Below, one piece after another: positions 9,013 through 18,784 of a stretch of 64,000 nt of DNA (position 1 is its first letter; each line of letters starts with the position of its first letter). Below the pieces are notes generated by a model. It was not told the DNA's origin. It saw only the letters and a list, made by a program, of their open reading frames with translations, and did no database searches. Origin of the DNA: a virus; IMG/VR virus record IMGVR_UViG_3300033153_001906, positions 32,001 to 96,000 of that record; one strand, 5' to 3'. Made by a program: the position numbers and the translations under genes.

Positions 9013-10157
9013 GACTTACTGCTCCTAGTGCTTCGCCCTTGCCCCAAATATCTTCTTTCCCATCTATCTTCAATGCGTATAGTTGATTAAGTGCATAGTG
9101 ATATGTGCAAACTTTTCTGTTTCTACCTACCCACATTCCATCTTTTACTTCGCTGTCCCATTCACAAAGCGGACATGCTCTTGATGAAATTATTGGGTGT
9201 TCAGTTTTTGCGTATACTCTTATATACTCTAACATTGCTTTATCTTGAAGCAATGGTTCTGTTAATGTTCGGTGATGTTGTTGATGCGCGCCACAAAATG
9301 CAATGACTTCATCATCATCCCAAAGACATTTGCAATCTAGTTTATGTTTTCCATTCGTCATAGTCTGTGATATCCTCTTCTGAGCCGCAAGTACATCGTA
9401 TTTTGATTACGAGGCCGAGTTGTGTTGGTGTGAATATATAAGATGTTTGCGGAAGGTTGCTAGGATCAATGTTCTGCCAAACAGAACATTCTAATACGTG
9501 CGTCTGCAACCACGCATTGAGTTTATCGTCGTTCTTACTTCCCGTTTGAAATTTCATCTAATTCTTTCCAATCTTTAGGCAGGCTATAGTATTGCAACAC
9601 GACTGCTGCTGCACGTATAAATGCTTTAGAATATACGAGGTCTTCATGGCTGGAAGGTACGTCATGTTTCTCAAGTGTGTTTATTTCTTTCTTGTGGCAA
9701 ATCATTGCACTACGCAGTTCTTTGCGAAGTAGTTCCTCTAGATCCTCGTGCGATACGCGAACCATAAATTCAGTCATATCAGTCATTTTTTCTTGTTTCG
9801 TAAATCAAGTTCTACAAACTTATCCATCTGGATTACTACTGATTCAATTGGTTCATCAACATCAAATTTTTCGATACCCACTTCAGCGCGATTACGAATT
9901 CTGGCTAGAATGTCTTGTGCAGTCACATCTACATCTTCAAATTCTGAATCATCACCAGATGCTACTTCCAATGTTTCAAGATGGCGATTCATATGAACCC
10001 ACGTTCTATTGGGTCCGCCAGCAGTAACTTCTATGTACTCACCAGAAGGCGAAATATCAGTGATTCGGACTTCTGTAATTGAGTTATCATCTTTGCTGTC
10101 AATTAAAACTATGTCACCCTCTTTGACAAATGTATCTTCATCATTCATTTTCTGCAC
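9002..10157 (-). CDS. Four overlapping small hypothetical genes (9002..9361, 9342..9557, 9535..9786, 9783..10157)
   Basis: Tightly coupled minus-strand ORFs. Confidence 0.65.
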
Positions 10158-10755
10158 CCTTAATTATTTGGTAAATATCAGACCACGGCTCATCTTGACT
10201 TGTGCGAGCATAAAGTAAATGATCTTCCAAGTCGTATCGTGTATTGTATACGTGATCTATAACAATTGATCGCAAACCAAGTTTCGCACCAGCTATTGCA
10301 TTTGATACATGATCTTCGATCCAAAACATATTCGTTCCTTGCCACTGCCTTAGTTTATCAGCCTTGTGTACGCCAATGCGCAAGCAATGTAAACCAATAA
10401 TGGCATCACCGAAATGTTCACGAAGATTGTGCGTTCTGTAGTCATGCGCGCTAGTTTTTTGACTTAGACTTGTAACTACGATAAATTTGTACCCTTCACT
10501 ATTTAATTTGGCTACATATTTTTTAGCATCTGCGTGTGGTGGTAAATCACGAATGCGATCTGAATGATTGAACTCTTTAATGAAGTCCATTTTATGATTA
10601 TAGTCATCTAAGCCAAATCGTTCTTCAACAGAATAGTTTTCCTCTTCACCTGGAATAATATGATACCCTTTATCAACCATAAACTGGTTGAAGGTACAGT
10701 TCCAGTTGAATAAACATCCATCTGCGTCAGTTAAAATTATTTTTTCGTTGTCCAA
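10141..10755 (-). CDS. HAD-family phosphatase / 5'(3')-nucleotidase-like
   Basis: ILTDADGCL (DxD) and WIEDH motifs. Confidence 0.8.
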   Translation of the reverse strand: MDNEKIILTDADGCLFNWNCTFNQFMVDKGYHIIPGEEENYSVEERFGLDDYNHKMDFIKEFNHSDRIRDLPPHADAKKYVAKLNSEGYKFIVVTSLSQKTSAHDYRTHNLREHFGDAIIGLHCLRIGVHKADKLRQWQGTNMFWIEDHVSNAIAGAKLGLRSIVIDHVYNTRYDLEDHLLYARTSQDEPWSDIYQIIKGAENE

Positions 10756-10795
10756 GTTGGTTTACCGTTATGAAATAGTTCCCGATATTTTCTTC

Positions 10796-11893
10796 TTATC
10801 TGGTTCCATTTCTTAGTTCTTTTAGCGCCCGCGCGATTGCTTCCCGCACTGGTGGGGCTATTCTGGCCCTCGACTTTTTTCGATTGCCACCAGTGAAACC
10901 AATTGTAGCTTTCTCCTCGTCGTCCTCTGAATCTGGTGTTGTCTCCATCATTACACGTAGTCGTGCGATGGTTTCGTCAAAGTCTGCGTCAAGTGCCTCT
11001 ACTGATACGATAAGTTCTTTAAGGTGGGCAATTGAGAAACCATCTGTTTGCTCAACCCATTTTTCAAACTCTTCCTCGTTTTCAACTAGTCGTCCGTTTC
11101 GTGCTGCAAGATAGACTGCGCGAGCTTCCGCTGTTGGCATTCCAATTTTGCGCACAATGTCAAAACGACTTGGGCGATTAACTAGGCGTTTGTCTAGCTT
11201 CTCTGGATAGTTTGTTGTTGCAATGAATACAACGTTGTCGATTTGTAGATCACCGTCAAGCATTGCTAGTAGATCAGCTTCACCATATGCCTGTTGAATT
11301 GCGTCAATGTCTTCAACAAGAACAACGATTGGACGATCTGGCTCAATGCGTCGTAGCATTCCAAGTCCTTCCGCTGTCAGCTTTGGCTGTTTAACATAAA
11401 CAGCAATGCCGCCACGATCAACAATCTCTTTGATGATTAGTTGTAGGGTAGATGTTTTGCCTGATCCAGCAGGGCCATATAGAAGCACACCGCGCTTCCA
11501 AAGAAACCCTAGAGTACGAAACATTTGTTCTTTGTCCCAAAAATGTTTGATGTTCTCGATGATTTCTTCTGATGCACTGTCTGGAAGTATTAGCAGTTCA
11601 TCAAGGTTAATAGGCTTGTCCACAAAGTAAAGTCCGCGATTGTGTGAGAACTCAATGCTGTACTGTCCTGCGCCAAGCTTGTCTATTGTTTGGTCAGCGG
11701 GGAAATATGCATCACCAACTTTTGCCCAAAGACGCGCATTCTCTTTAAGAACACCCTCTTCATCGTCGTAATCATATGGATCAACGATGGGATCAGGAGT
11801 AGCGAAATCACTTTCATCCGACTCTGGTGCCTCGTCTGATTCGTTGTTTTTGGTTAGTTCACGCAGTTCTTTCAGATCGTCCGTGTCACTCAT
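10796..11893 (-). CDS. AAA+ ATPase
   Basis: KRGVLLYGPAGSGKT, VEDID, ATTNYPEKLD..RPSRFD. Confidence 0.9.
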   Translation of the reverse strand: MSDTDDLKELRELTKNNESDEAPESDESDFATPDPIVDPYDYDDEEGVLKENARLWAKVGDAYFPADQTIDKLGAGQYSIEFSHNRGLYFVDKPINLDELLILPDSASEEIIENIKHFWDKEQMFRTLGFLWKRGVLLYGPAGSGKTSTLQLIIKEIVDRGGIAVYVKQPKLTAEGLGMLRRIEPDRPIVVLVEDIDAIQQAYGEADLLAMLDGDLQIDNVVFIATTNYPEKLDKRLVNRPSRFDIVRKIGMPTAEARAVYLAARNGRLVENEEEFEKWVEQTDGFSIAHLKELIVSVEALDADFDETIARLRVMMETTPDSEDDEEKATIGFTGGNRKKSRARIAPPVREAIARALKELRNGTR

Positions 11894-12318
11894 TCATCTT
11901 CCTCGTTGTTTTTTATTAAGTCTTGCTGTATTTTCTTTCGTTTACGTTGGGGTGCATTTCCTTCATCATCCTCAACTTCAATTAGTTGTTCTAATTCTGC
12001 TTCTACTTCCTCTTTTTCGAGTAGTAGTGCTTCTGGAATATCAGCGCCAACCAGTTCCAAAAACTTTTTGTATTTGTCAGCGTAACCTTTGATTACGTGT
12101 TCTTCAACTTGATCGTAAGTCAATCCATCTTGCCGATACGTGTTCTTCACGAACTCACGCGTGAGCGCATCCATTATGATTGTAGCTGATTGTAAGTGTC
12201 GTTTCTTGTATGTTTCTTGAAATTCACAAGTTTCAGTTGTTTGAATTTTTCCTGCATTTTCACCACGGGTAATTGGGTGGTGTGAATGTGATAGAATTAG
12301 ATACGCGCCTTTCTTCAT
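11890..12318 (-). CDS. Hypothetical protein
   Basis: ORF behind promoter 12341..12369. Confidence 0.7.
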   Translation of the reverse strand: MKKGAYLILSHSHHPITRGENAGKIQTTETCEFQETYKKRHLQSATIIMDALTREFVKNTYRQDGLTYDQVEEHVIKGYADKYKKFLELVGADIPEALLLEKEEVEAELEQLIEVEDDEGNAPQRKRKKIQQDLIKNNEEDE

Positions 12319-12340
12319 TAAAGATCCTTATTGAATACAT

Positions 12341-12369
12341 ATTATAACTAATTTTGCGGGGTTTGTCAA
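12341..12369 (-). promoter_or_regulatory. Sigma70-type promoter
   Basis: TTGACA-N17-TATAAT. Confidence 0.8.
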
Positions 12370-12370
12370 G

Positions 12371-13012
12371 CTATTTCCAAACGATTTCCGCTTGTCCTGT
12401 TTTCCGCAAATAGTCATTTATACTACTGAATGGTTTGCTCCCAAAGAATCCTCTATACGCAGAAAGAGGAGATGGGTGCGGCGCTTGTATTATAAGATGT
12501 CTCATGTGGTCAATTTGCGAAACTCGTTCTTGTGCTTTCTTGCCCCACAAGACAAACACCAAATTATTCCTCTTTATACTGAGCATCTTGATTGCTTCAT
12601 CAGTCAGTGCTTCCCAACCCCAGCCCTGATGCGATCCAGCTTTACCTTCTTGGACTGTTAGTGTGTTATTTATAAGCAAGACACCCTGGTCTGCCCAATC
12701 ACGTAAACTGCCGCAAGTTCGTTTTATGCCAAGATCGCTTTCCAATTCAGTATAAATGTTCTTGAGCGATTTTGGCAATGGTTCCACACATGCGTTAACT
12801 GAAAATGCTAAACCATTAGCATGACCAGCAGTAGGATAAGGATCTTGTCCAAGTATGACAACTTTCACATCATCAAATGGCAGCAAGTCAAATGCTCGCA
12901 TAATTTGATGTATTGGTGGAAAGATTGGTATGCCAGCATTGATAGACTCTGCAAGCTTATCCGCCACGATCTTGTCCCCACCTTTAAAAAATTCTAAATC
13001 AGTCCAGTTCAA
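12371..13012 (-). CDS. ung: Uracil-DNA glycosylase, family 1
   Basis: VVILGQDPY, GLAFSV, HPSPLSAYRGF. Confidence 0.95.
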   Translation of the reverse strand: MNWTDLEFFKGGDKIVADKLAESINAGIPIFPPIHQIMRAFDLLPFDDVKVVILGQDPYPTAGHANGLAFSVNACVEPLPKSLKNIYTELESDLGIKRTCGSLRDWADQGVLLINNTLTVQEGKAGSHQGWGWEALTDEAIKMLSIKRNNLVFVLWGKKAQERVSQIDHMRHLIIQAPHPSPLSAYRGFFGSKPFSSINDYLRKTGQAEIVWK

Positions 13013-13293
13013 TTTTTTAATCTCGCTGTAAATATTCTTTTGTTTGTCAATCTCATTACACCCAACAATGTTATGTTGGGGTTTTTGAAAACAGTTGCTT
13101 CAGTTTCGTGATATAAACTCAGTGCTTCCTCAGCAGTATTGTAAAGTAATGCATCACCCAAACGCGGACTATATGTAAATTGTAAATAAGAGCCAGCATC
13201 ATCGCTATAAAACGGATGAATTTTACATGGATAAGCAAAGGCATGACTTGTATTATCGCTACCCCTTGTTATGAATTTTAATGTATACTTCAT
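13009..13293 (-). CDS. Small hypothetical protein with C-terminal KxxFxxRLK motif
   Basis: Ends KRIFTARLKN. Confidence 0.65.
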   Translation of the reverse strand: MKYTLKFITRGSDNTSHAFAYPCKIHPFYSDDAGSYLQFTYSPRLGDALLYNTAEEALSLYHETEATVFKNPNITLLGVMRLTNKRIFTARLKN

Positions 13294-13541
13294 ACGCCCG
13301 CCAGTTTTGCTTTAAATATATCTACGTCAGCGATTGGTACTGCTGAGTAGTCTGACACTTGCCACATTGAATCCAGTACGTGTTGCATTACTTTTGGCTC
13401 ATGCTCAAATACGTGTGCTTCTGACAGTAAATATGTACCCTCTGGTGCATCATTGTGTCCAATGCTTTTGAAAAATGATATATCGAACCCATTTTTCTTT
13501 GCTTCGTTATCTCTGCTTGGTGTTATGAGTACATACTTCAT
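13290..13541 (-). CDS. Small hypothetical protein with C-terminal FxxKL motif
   Basis: Ends DIFKAKLAGV. Confidence 0.65.
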   Translation of the reverse strand: MKYVLITPSRDNEAKKNGFDISFFKSIGHNDAPEGTYLLSEAHVFEHEPKVMQHVLDSMWQVSDYSAVPIADVDIFKAKLAGV

Positions 13542-13891
13542 CCGAAGTAGTATCTCAACAATCCGATTATCACTATAAACCCAACGACACCATTTACTAC
13601 CATTAATGCACGATCACGCCAAACGAATGATACCCACCACCATAAAGCTGCGCCTACCAAACTGCCCCATAGATCAATAAGATGTAATGATTCAATTCCT
13701 GTTGCTCTAGCTGATACCGAAAACACGATAACACCTGTAGCAAGCCATTTTACGTACCAATCTAGTGTGTACTTTGGTGTTGCACTCTTAACAATACGAT
13801 CACTTTGGCAAATCTCTGGTTCATCATCTGGATGCTCAGGACTAACACTTGCGTCATATGGTTTTGGTAATTTCCATTTAAAGATTTTCAT
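13538..13891 (-). CDS. Three-TM membrane protein (DUF6552/PnuC-like)
   Basis: DWYVKWLAT..WWWVSFVWRDRALMVVN. Confidence 0.6.
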   Translation of the reverse strand: MKIFKWKLPKPYDASVSPEHPDDEPEICQSDRIVKSATPKYTLDWYVKWLATGVIVFSVSARATGIESLHLIDLWGSLVGAALWWWVSFVWRDRALMVVNGVVGFIVIIGLLRYYFG

Positions 13892-14036
13892 TATACGTTT
13901 TCTTTGCTTTTTCTACAATTATTTTGTGAAGTAATTTATTAGCTTTTTTGCTATCGCCATCGACAAGATACTCTAAGACTTGCGCCAAATCATCTTTGTA
14001 TTTCTTCTTATTTTTTTCTTGATCTAAGTATCTCAT
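13878..14036 (-). CDS. 52 aa helical protein missed by ORF track
   Basis: MRYLDQEKNKKKYKDDLAQVLEYLVDGDSKKANKLLHKIIVEKAKKTYNENL; fills the gap with overlaps at both ends. Confidence 0.6.
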   Translation of the reverse strand: MRYLDQEKNKKKYKDDLAQVLEYLVDGDSKKANKLLHKIIVEKAKKTYNENL

Positions 14037-14236
14037 ATGTCCTTTAATCTAGCCTCAAATAATTCTTTCTTTGTAACTGAAACGATTTCATAACCATCAA
14101 CCTCACTTACAAAATATCGCATATCATGTATCGTCGCTTCACTCAATCTACTGGTCATGTGTGGTATATTGTCACGATGGTATCTATACTCACCATTTCC
14201 TGGATGCACAAAACGATGAACCCACTTAACAATCAT
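14033..14236 (-). CDS. Small hypothetical protein with C-terminal KxxFxxRLK motif
   Basis: Ends KELFEARLKDI. Confidence 0.6.
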   Translation of the reverse strand: MIVKWVHRFVHPGNGEYRYHRDNIPHMTSRLSEATIHDMRYFVSEVDGYEIVSVTKKELFEARLKDI

Positions 14237-14237
14237 G

Positions 14238-14366
14238 TTAGCCCCATATTGCAATCATGCCGATCACTATGCCGAATACGATTGCCCAAAAAATTGTCCC
14301 TAAAAGATTTAATGTAAAATCTTCTGGTACAGTTTTGTTATACCAATCATTAAGTCGCTTCCACAT
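14238..14366 (-). CDS. 42 aa single-TM protein
   Basis: MWKRLNDWY..LLGTIFWAIVFGIVIGMIAIWG; fills gap. Confidence 0.5.
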   Translation of the reverse strand: MWKRLNDWYNKTVPEDFTLNLLGTIFWAIVFGIVIGMIAIWG

Positions 14367-15290
14367 TTACATACTCAATAATTCTAATTCAATGCAACAA
14401 GCAGATAGATTAATTTCTGCATCTGCAATCGCAACGTGATTAACTAGTGCATTGCGAATGATAATGACTGCTTGTTTTTGTATCTCTGATTCTTCGCCCC
14501 AATATTGTAAGTTCTCATACATATGGCGATAAATTTCTTCGTATTCATCAAGTGATGCTTTGTTGCAAATAAGCTTACGTGCTTCTGCAATTTTGCCAGC
14601 ACGAAACAGTGCGATCATTTCTACTTTGTAGTCTGATGCGCCCAAATCTTCAACGTGTGGTCGAAGCAATGTGCCAGTCTGTGCATTTTGTTGACACAGA
14701 TTGATACACTTGCGCATATCTGGATATTCTGCTGCAACGAATAGATCAAGTACTTCTAGCTCGAACTCTACATTTTCTGCTATCAGTATTTCCGCCACTC
14801 GCGCCGTGTATTCTACTTTATCAAGTTTCTCAATATGAAATCCTTGACTTCTGCTATGTATAGCTTCGATGATCTTGTGCGGATAATTGCATGTTATGAT
14901 GAAACGGCAGAAATTATCGTATCGTTCCATAACGCCACGCAATGCTGCTTGTGCGTTATGCGATAGATAATCGCCTTCATCAAGAAACACATACTTGAAA
15001 TCACCAAATGGCATTGTCGTTGCAAAGTTTGTAATGTTGTCACGAATCCAATCAACACCATTGTTTACAGATGCATTGATGAATAAAATATCACCCTCAT
15101 CTACACCCAATTCATTGAGTAAAACTTTTGCAAGCGTGGTCTTGCCTGTTCCAGCAGAGCCACTGAATAGTAGATGCGGAATTGTGCCACCCTCTAACCA
15201 ACTTGTGACTTGCGATTTTTGCGCTTCATCACGAAACACATACTCATTGATTTTCGTTGGTCGATATTTTGTTACCCAAAGTTCTCTCAT
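14367..15290 (-). CDS. Sliding-clamp loader subunit (RFC small / T4 gp44-like)
   Basis: LWVTKYRP, PHLLFSGSAGTGKTT, LDEGD, FIITCN, HSRS. Confidence 0.92.
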   Translation of the reverse strand: MRELWVTKYRPTKINEYVFRDEAQKSQVTSWLEGGTIPHLLFSGSAGTGKTTLAKVLLNELGVDEGDILFINASVNNGVDWIRDNITNFATTMPFGDFKYVFLDEGDYLSHNAQAALRGVMERYDNFCRFIITCNYPHKIIEAIHSRSQGFHIEKLDKVEYTARVAEILIAENVEFELEVLDLFVAAEYPDMRKCINLCQQNAQTGTLLRPHVEDLGASDYKVEMIALFRAGKIAEARKLICNKASLDEYEEIYRHMYENLQYWGEESEIQKQAVIIIRNALVNHVAIADAEINLSACCIELELLSM

Positions 15291-15625
15291 GCTTCGTAAT
15301 TCCTTTCTTCATTTAAAATCATGCCTGGAACTGGATCGCCCTGCTGTAATAGATGTCCGTGCTTGAATTGTGCATATTGATAGTTCCTGGTACGAACAGA
15401 TATATCATCTTCATTCCATAACAATGTCATTGTGAAGTTTTCTTGTGATTGTGGTATGGTAATCGTGCAGCCACTATGAAAAGCATATGTGTTAGCACGT
15501 TCAATGTAGTCTTTATCGTGCGCAATTGACACAACAAACAGAAGCTTGTCCAGTGCCTGTTTTACCGTTTCATCATCGGAGATTTTTGCTGCTTGCAATA
15601 GTTCGTCTATTTTAGTTTTATCCAT
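15287..15625 (-). CDS. Hypothetical protein (SDD..AL.K family)
   Basis: ATG 5 nt after TATAAT; N-terminus resembles 18232..18729. Confidence 0.65.
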   Translation of the reverse strand: MDKTKIDELLQAAKISDDETVKQALDKLLFVVSIAHDKDYIERANTYAFHSGCTITIPQSQENFTMTLLWNEDDISVRTRNYQYAQFKHGHLLQQGDPVPGMILNEERNYEA

Positions 15626-15630
15626 ATCGC

Positions 15631-15659
15631 ATTATAGCACATTGCGTACCATGCGTCAA
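15631..15659 (-). promoter_or_regulatory. Sigma70-type promoter (leaderless)
   Basis: TTGACG-N17-TATAAT. Confidence 0.75.
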
Positions 15660-15661
15660 GC

Positions 15662-15985
15662 TTATCGTAGTAGCCGTTCAGAATCAGGTTTTTCGTCAGA
15701 AACCAAAAGAACGGAATCTATGTCAATGCCCCACAACGTAAGTGTTGCATCGCCATCACGAATTTCCATGCCGCGTGTCCAGCGACCATGCTCAACATAA
15801 ATCCAATTGCCTTCCTGAATTTCCCCCGTTACATCGTCGCCCTTGGAATAAACCTGCATCCAACGTGGACGAACGCCTTCTTCTCTAGCATTGTCATCTA
15901 GTAACACAATGCCGCCACGCGATGTTTCTTCGCCGCGTTCAATTTCTGATGCAAGCAACTTGTCATTTAGTGCTTTAACTTTCAT
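15662..15985 (-). CDS. groES: Co-chaperonin GroES-like
   Basis: MKVKALNDKLL..EETSRGGIVL..VYSKG. Confidence 0.8.
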   Translation of the reverse strand: MKVKALNDKLLASEIERGEETSRGGIVLLDDNAREEGVRPRWMQVYSKGDDVTGEIQEGNWIYVEHGRWTRGMEIRDGDATLTLWGIDIDSVLLVSDEKPDSERLLR

Positions 15986-16248
15986 TACTCTTCCTCTTTA
16001 AAGTACTTTAATGGAATTTCTTTGAGTCCAGCTAGTACTTTCTTGATTGTCCCTTTTGGGAGTTTTGTGTGATCGTGTAATAGTATAACTATTGTGTTGT
16101 GTCTCAATCCAGAGCTTTCCATACGTTCGACCATTTCCTGCATCTTGTACAGATCGTCACGCATGAGTACGATAGATTCGAATTTCTCAAACGTTCCGTC
16201 AAGTCGCTTGACAAACGCTTCTTTACTTTCTAATTCATCTTGGGTCAT
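15985..16248 (-). CDS. Small hypothetical protein with N-terminal KxxFxxRL motif
   Basis: KEAFVKRLDG. Confidence 0.65.
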   Translation of the reverse strand: MTQDELESKEAFVKRLDGTFEKFESIVLMRDDLYKMQEMVERMESSGLRHNTIVILLHDHTKLPKGTIKKVLAGLKEIPLKYFKEEE

Positions 16249-16706
16249 ACTGTTGGCTTTTTCTTCTTAGATGCTGTTTTCTTTGATTTCTTCTTAGGTG
16301 CTGTTTCTGGCTTTGGCTTTGCTGTTGGCGCCGAGAGTTCTTTAATCTCAATGTCGCCATCAGGCGTCATTATTTCCGCATATTTGCTACCATCATCTCT
16401 TTTGCGAATAGTCTCAGTAGTTATTTCCGCATCTGGAATTGGTGTTGGCTCTGACTTGTCTTCGGGGGCAGTTTTTCCATCTGCTTGTGTCATTGCTTTC
16501 TTCAAGCTTGCTTTACCTACTTGTTTTGTGCCCTGGTATCGCGATTGTGCGCGTTCTTTGGCAGTCTTTACAACTTTTCCACCTTGCACAATATCGCCAT
16601 TGGCATTGACGCTCATGTTACCTGCTGCAATAGTCTTACTATTAGCAGTACGCATAGCCTCCATATCAATTGGCTTTCCTTTATTTGTTCTGTATTGTTT
16701 AGCCAT
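16245..16706 (-). CDS. Basic conserved phage protein
   Basis: YRTNKGKPIDM..AAGNMSVNANGD; Lys-rich tail. Confidence 0.7.
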   Translation of the reverse strand: MAKQYRTNKGKPIDMEAMRTANSKTIAAGNMSVNANGDIVQGGKVVKTAKERAQSRYQGTKQVGKASLKKAMTQADGKTAPEDKSEPTPIPDAEITTETIRKRDDGSKYAEIMTPDGDIEIKELSAPTAKPKPETAPKKKSKKTASKKKKPTV

Positions 16707-17239
16707 TACTTCAAAAATTCCTCAATAGGTAAGTCGTATTTGATGCTGTCTACTTTGTGTACGCCAAGTAGATACAAACAATACGATGCTACGCTTGATC
16801 CACGCCCGACTCCCCATACTATTTTATGTTCTCGCATATAGTCCACAATGTACATCAAAAATTGTAAAAGCGGAATCAAATTGCGTTCTTCAAACATTGT
16901 ATATTCTAGTTCTACGCGTAATGTTTCTTTTTCATTTTTACAGAGACTCAATATATACGATTCCATATCTAGTGTTCTGTATTTATCGGGAATATCCCAT
17001 ACCTCTGTACAAAGTCTGTGATATTCTTCTACTTCCAAATCATCGCTGATTGGATATGATAGCTTTGTAGCAATTCCTAATATTTGCTCACTATGCTTAT
17101 TGAACAAATCTACTTCCCTACCATCAACAATGATGCTATCATCAATGTCGTGACCATACAACAATGCTGCCCTACCTTCCTCTTTTGTTAGTAGCACATT
17201 ATTGAACTTGTCTAATTTTACTTGTCTTGATTCTTCCAT
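16706..17239 (-). CDS. DNA polymerase III alpha (DnaE)-like fragment
   Basis: RVELEY..IVDYMRE..WGVGRGSSVASYCLYLLGVHKVDSIKYDL..EFL. Confidence 0.75.
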   Translation of the reverse strand: MEESRQVKLDKFNNVLLTKEEGRAALLYGHDIDDSIIVDGREVDLFNKHSEQILGIATKLSYPISDDLEVEEYHRLCTEVWDIPDKYRTLDMESYILSLCKNEKETLRVELEYTMFEERNLIPLLQFLMYIVDYMREHKIVWGVGRGSSVASYCLYLLGVHKVDSIKYDLPIEEFLK

Positions 17240-18230
17240 AGGTCAAATACTATTATATCGGCTTCTTGGCCGTTTGTCAAGTATTCTTTTCCAATCTCCG
17301 CCAATGGATCGTCTTCGAACCATAATGTTAATTCTTCTCCATCCATGCCTTCCCTGCTGAATTCACTTACATCTATGGTTGGTCGTTCCCACCAGGGCTT
17401 ATCATGCACGGGAGACTCATATATGCCAATGTATTCAATTCCAGGAAGTGGGTATTTTTGTGCTGGATGAAGGTTTCTATAATTCCGTACTATATTTTCG
17501 GTATCTGTTGCTGATAGTGATATTGAATAAATATCGAGCAAATCTTTTGTGATAGCAGATAGCTTTGCGTGTAACACAACAGACAGCATTGAATCATCTG
17601 GCTGTCCTGGGATGAACATTACAGTGTTTGATGTATCGTCCACAACTGTTTCTAGTAGCTGTGAACCCACATCAATTAGAATAACATCACTTAGGACTGC
17701 TTCCATCCAAAGCTTGGCTCGTTGAAACCCAATTGCTGCGCGTTTTCCGCGTTCTTCAAGCGGCATAGCGTCCTTATCAACAGGCCCACATGCAACGTTT
17801 AGCGTGACAGTCGATGCTGATATTTTAGAACTGTCATCTTCTAGATAAATTCTATTTGCAGAGAATACGTGTGGTATGGTAATAAATGATTCGTGATCGT
17901 CTGTAGGAAATTCCATTATAAATCCCTGTGTTGCTTTACAATTACTTCTGCGCTCTTATTCTCCACTTCATCATAGTCCTTAACCTCACCTTCAATTTTT
18001 CCGATTTCAATTATTCCATCTGGATTCTTGGCAACTTCCATATCGTGCATACGTCTGAACATGCGTTCTTCTAGTTCGGCTTGATATACTATTAGCGCAG
18101 CGCGGGCACTATCAACCATGTGAGTATGCCCCCAATGCGTTTCTTGATACACGATAGTCGTGCATTTTTTAATCTTCTCTTGCAACTCATCGTCAGTGAG
18201 TTCAGTAGCGTCTATGAACGGATGATCCAT
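17218..18230 (-). CDS. Two hypothetical genes (17218..17916, 17916..18230)
   Basis: Coupled ORFs. Confidence 0.7.
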
Positions 18231-18231
18231 C

Positions 18232-18729
18232 TTATGTTAGCAAGACTTCTAGCTTGTCCTTAATAGCCTCTTTGATTTCTGTGCCTTTTGGTGCAGAATC
18301 GTCAGCATTGATTAGTGTTGTAGTGGTCGTGCCTGTTGTAAAACCAGTACAGCTACCACCTAGCGTTGTGCTAGAACCACCTGTTAGCGTAATGCTAGTT
18401 CCTGACGATGTAGTTGTATTAGGTACTGTGTATGTTCCACCAGTAGTATACGTAGGTTGATGAATCCACTGAGGTGAACTTGTGGTTTGAGTCCAATCGC
18501 TATCAGTTTGCGTGAAGTGGTTTGGCTGTTCTAGCTGTGAAACTCTGCGTTGTAGCGAGTCGATGGTTTCCATCATTTTTGTAAATGGGCCTTCTTCCAT
18601 TTCATCGTCTGAAATGTTAAGGCGGACAAGAAACATGAATTTCTTGAGTGCTTTTGTGATTTTTGGATCATCGCTTGCACATGCAGCGTCTAAAAGTGTG
18701 ATAAATTGATTAAATTCGTCGTCAGTCAT
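18232..18729 (-). CDS. Hypothetical protein with Thr/Gly/Ser-rich linker
   Basis: GGAG SD; GCTAAATA at 18757..18764 upstream. Confidence 0.7.
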   Translation of the reverse strand: MTDDEFNQFITLLDAACASDDPKITKALKKFMFLVRLNISDDEMEEGPFTKMMETIDSLQRRVSQLEQPNHFTQTDSDWTQTTSSPQWIHQPTYTTGGTYTVPNTTTSSGTSITLTGGSSTTLGGSCTGFTTGTTTTTLINADDSAPKGTEIKEAIKDKLEVLLT

Positions 18730-18784
18730 ATCGTAAACTCCATTAAAGTATACGTTTATTTAGCAACGAAATTATGTGCGTGGT

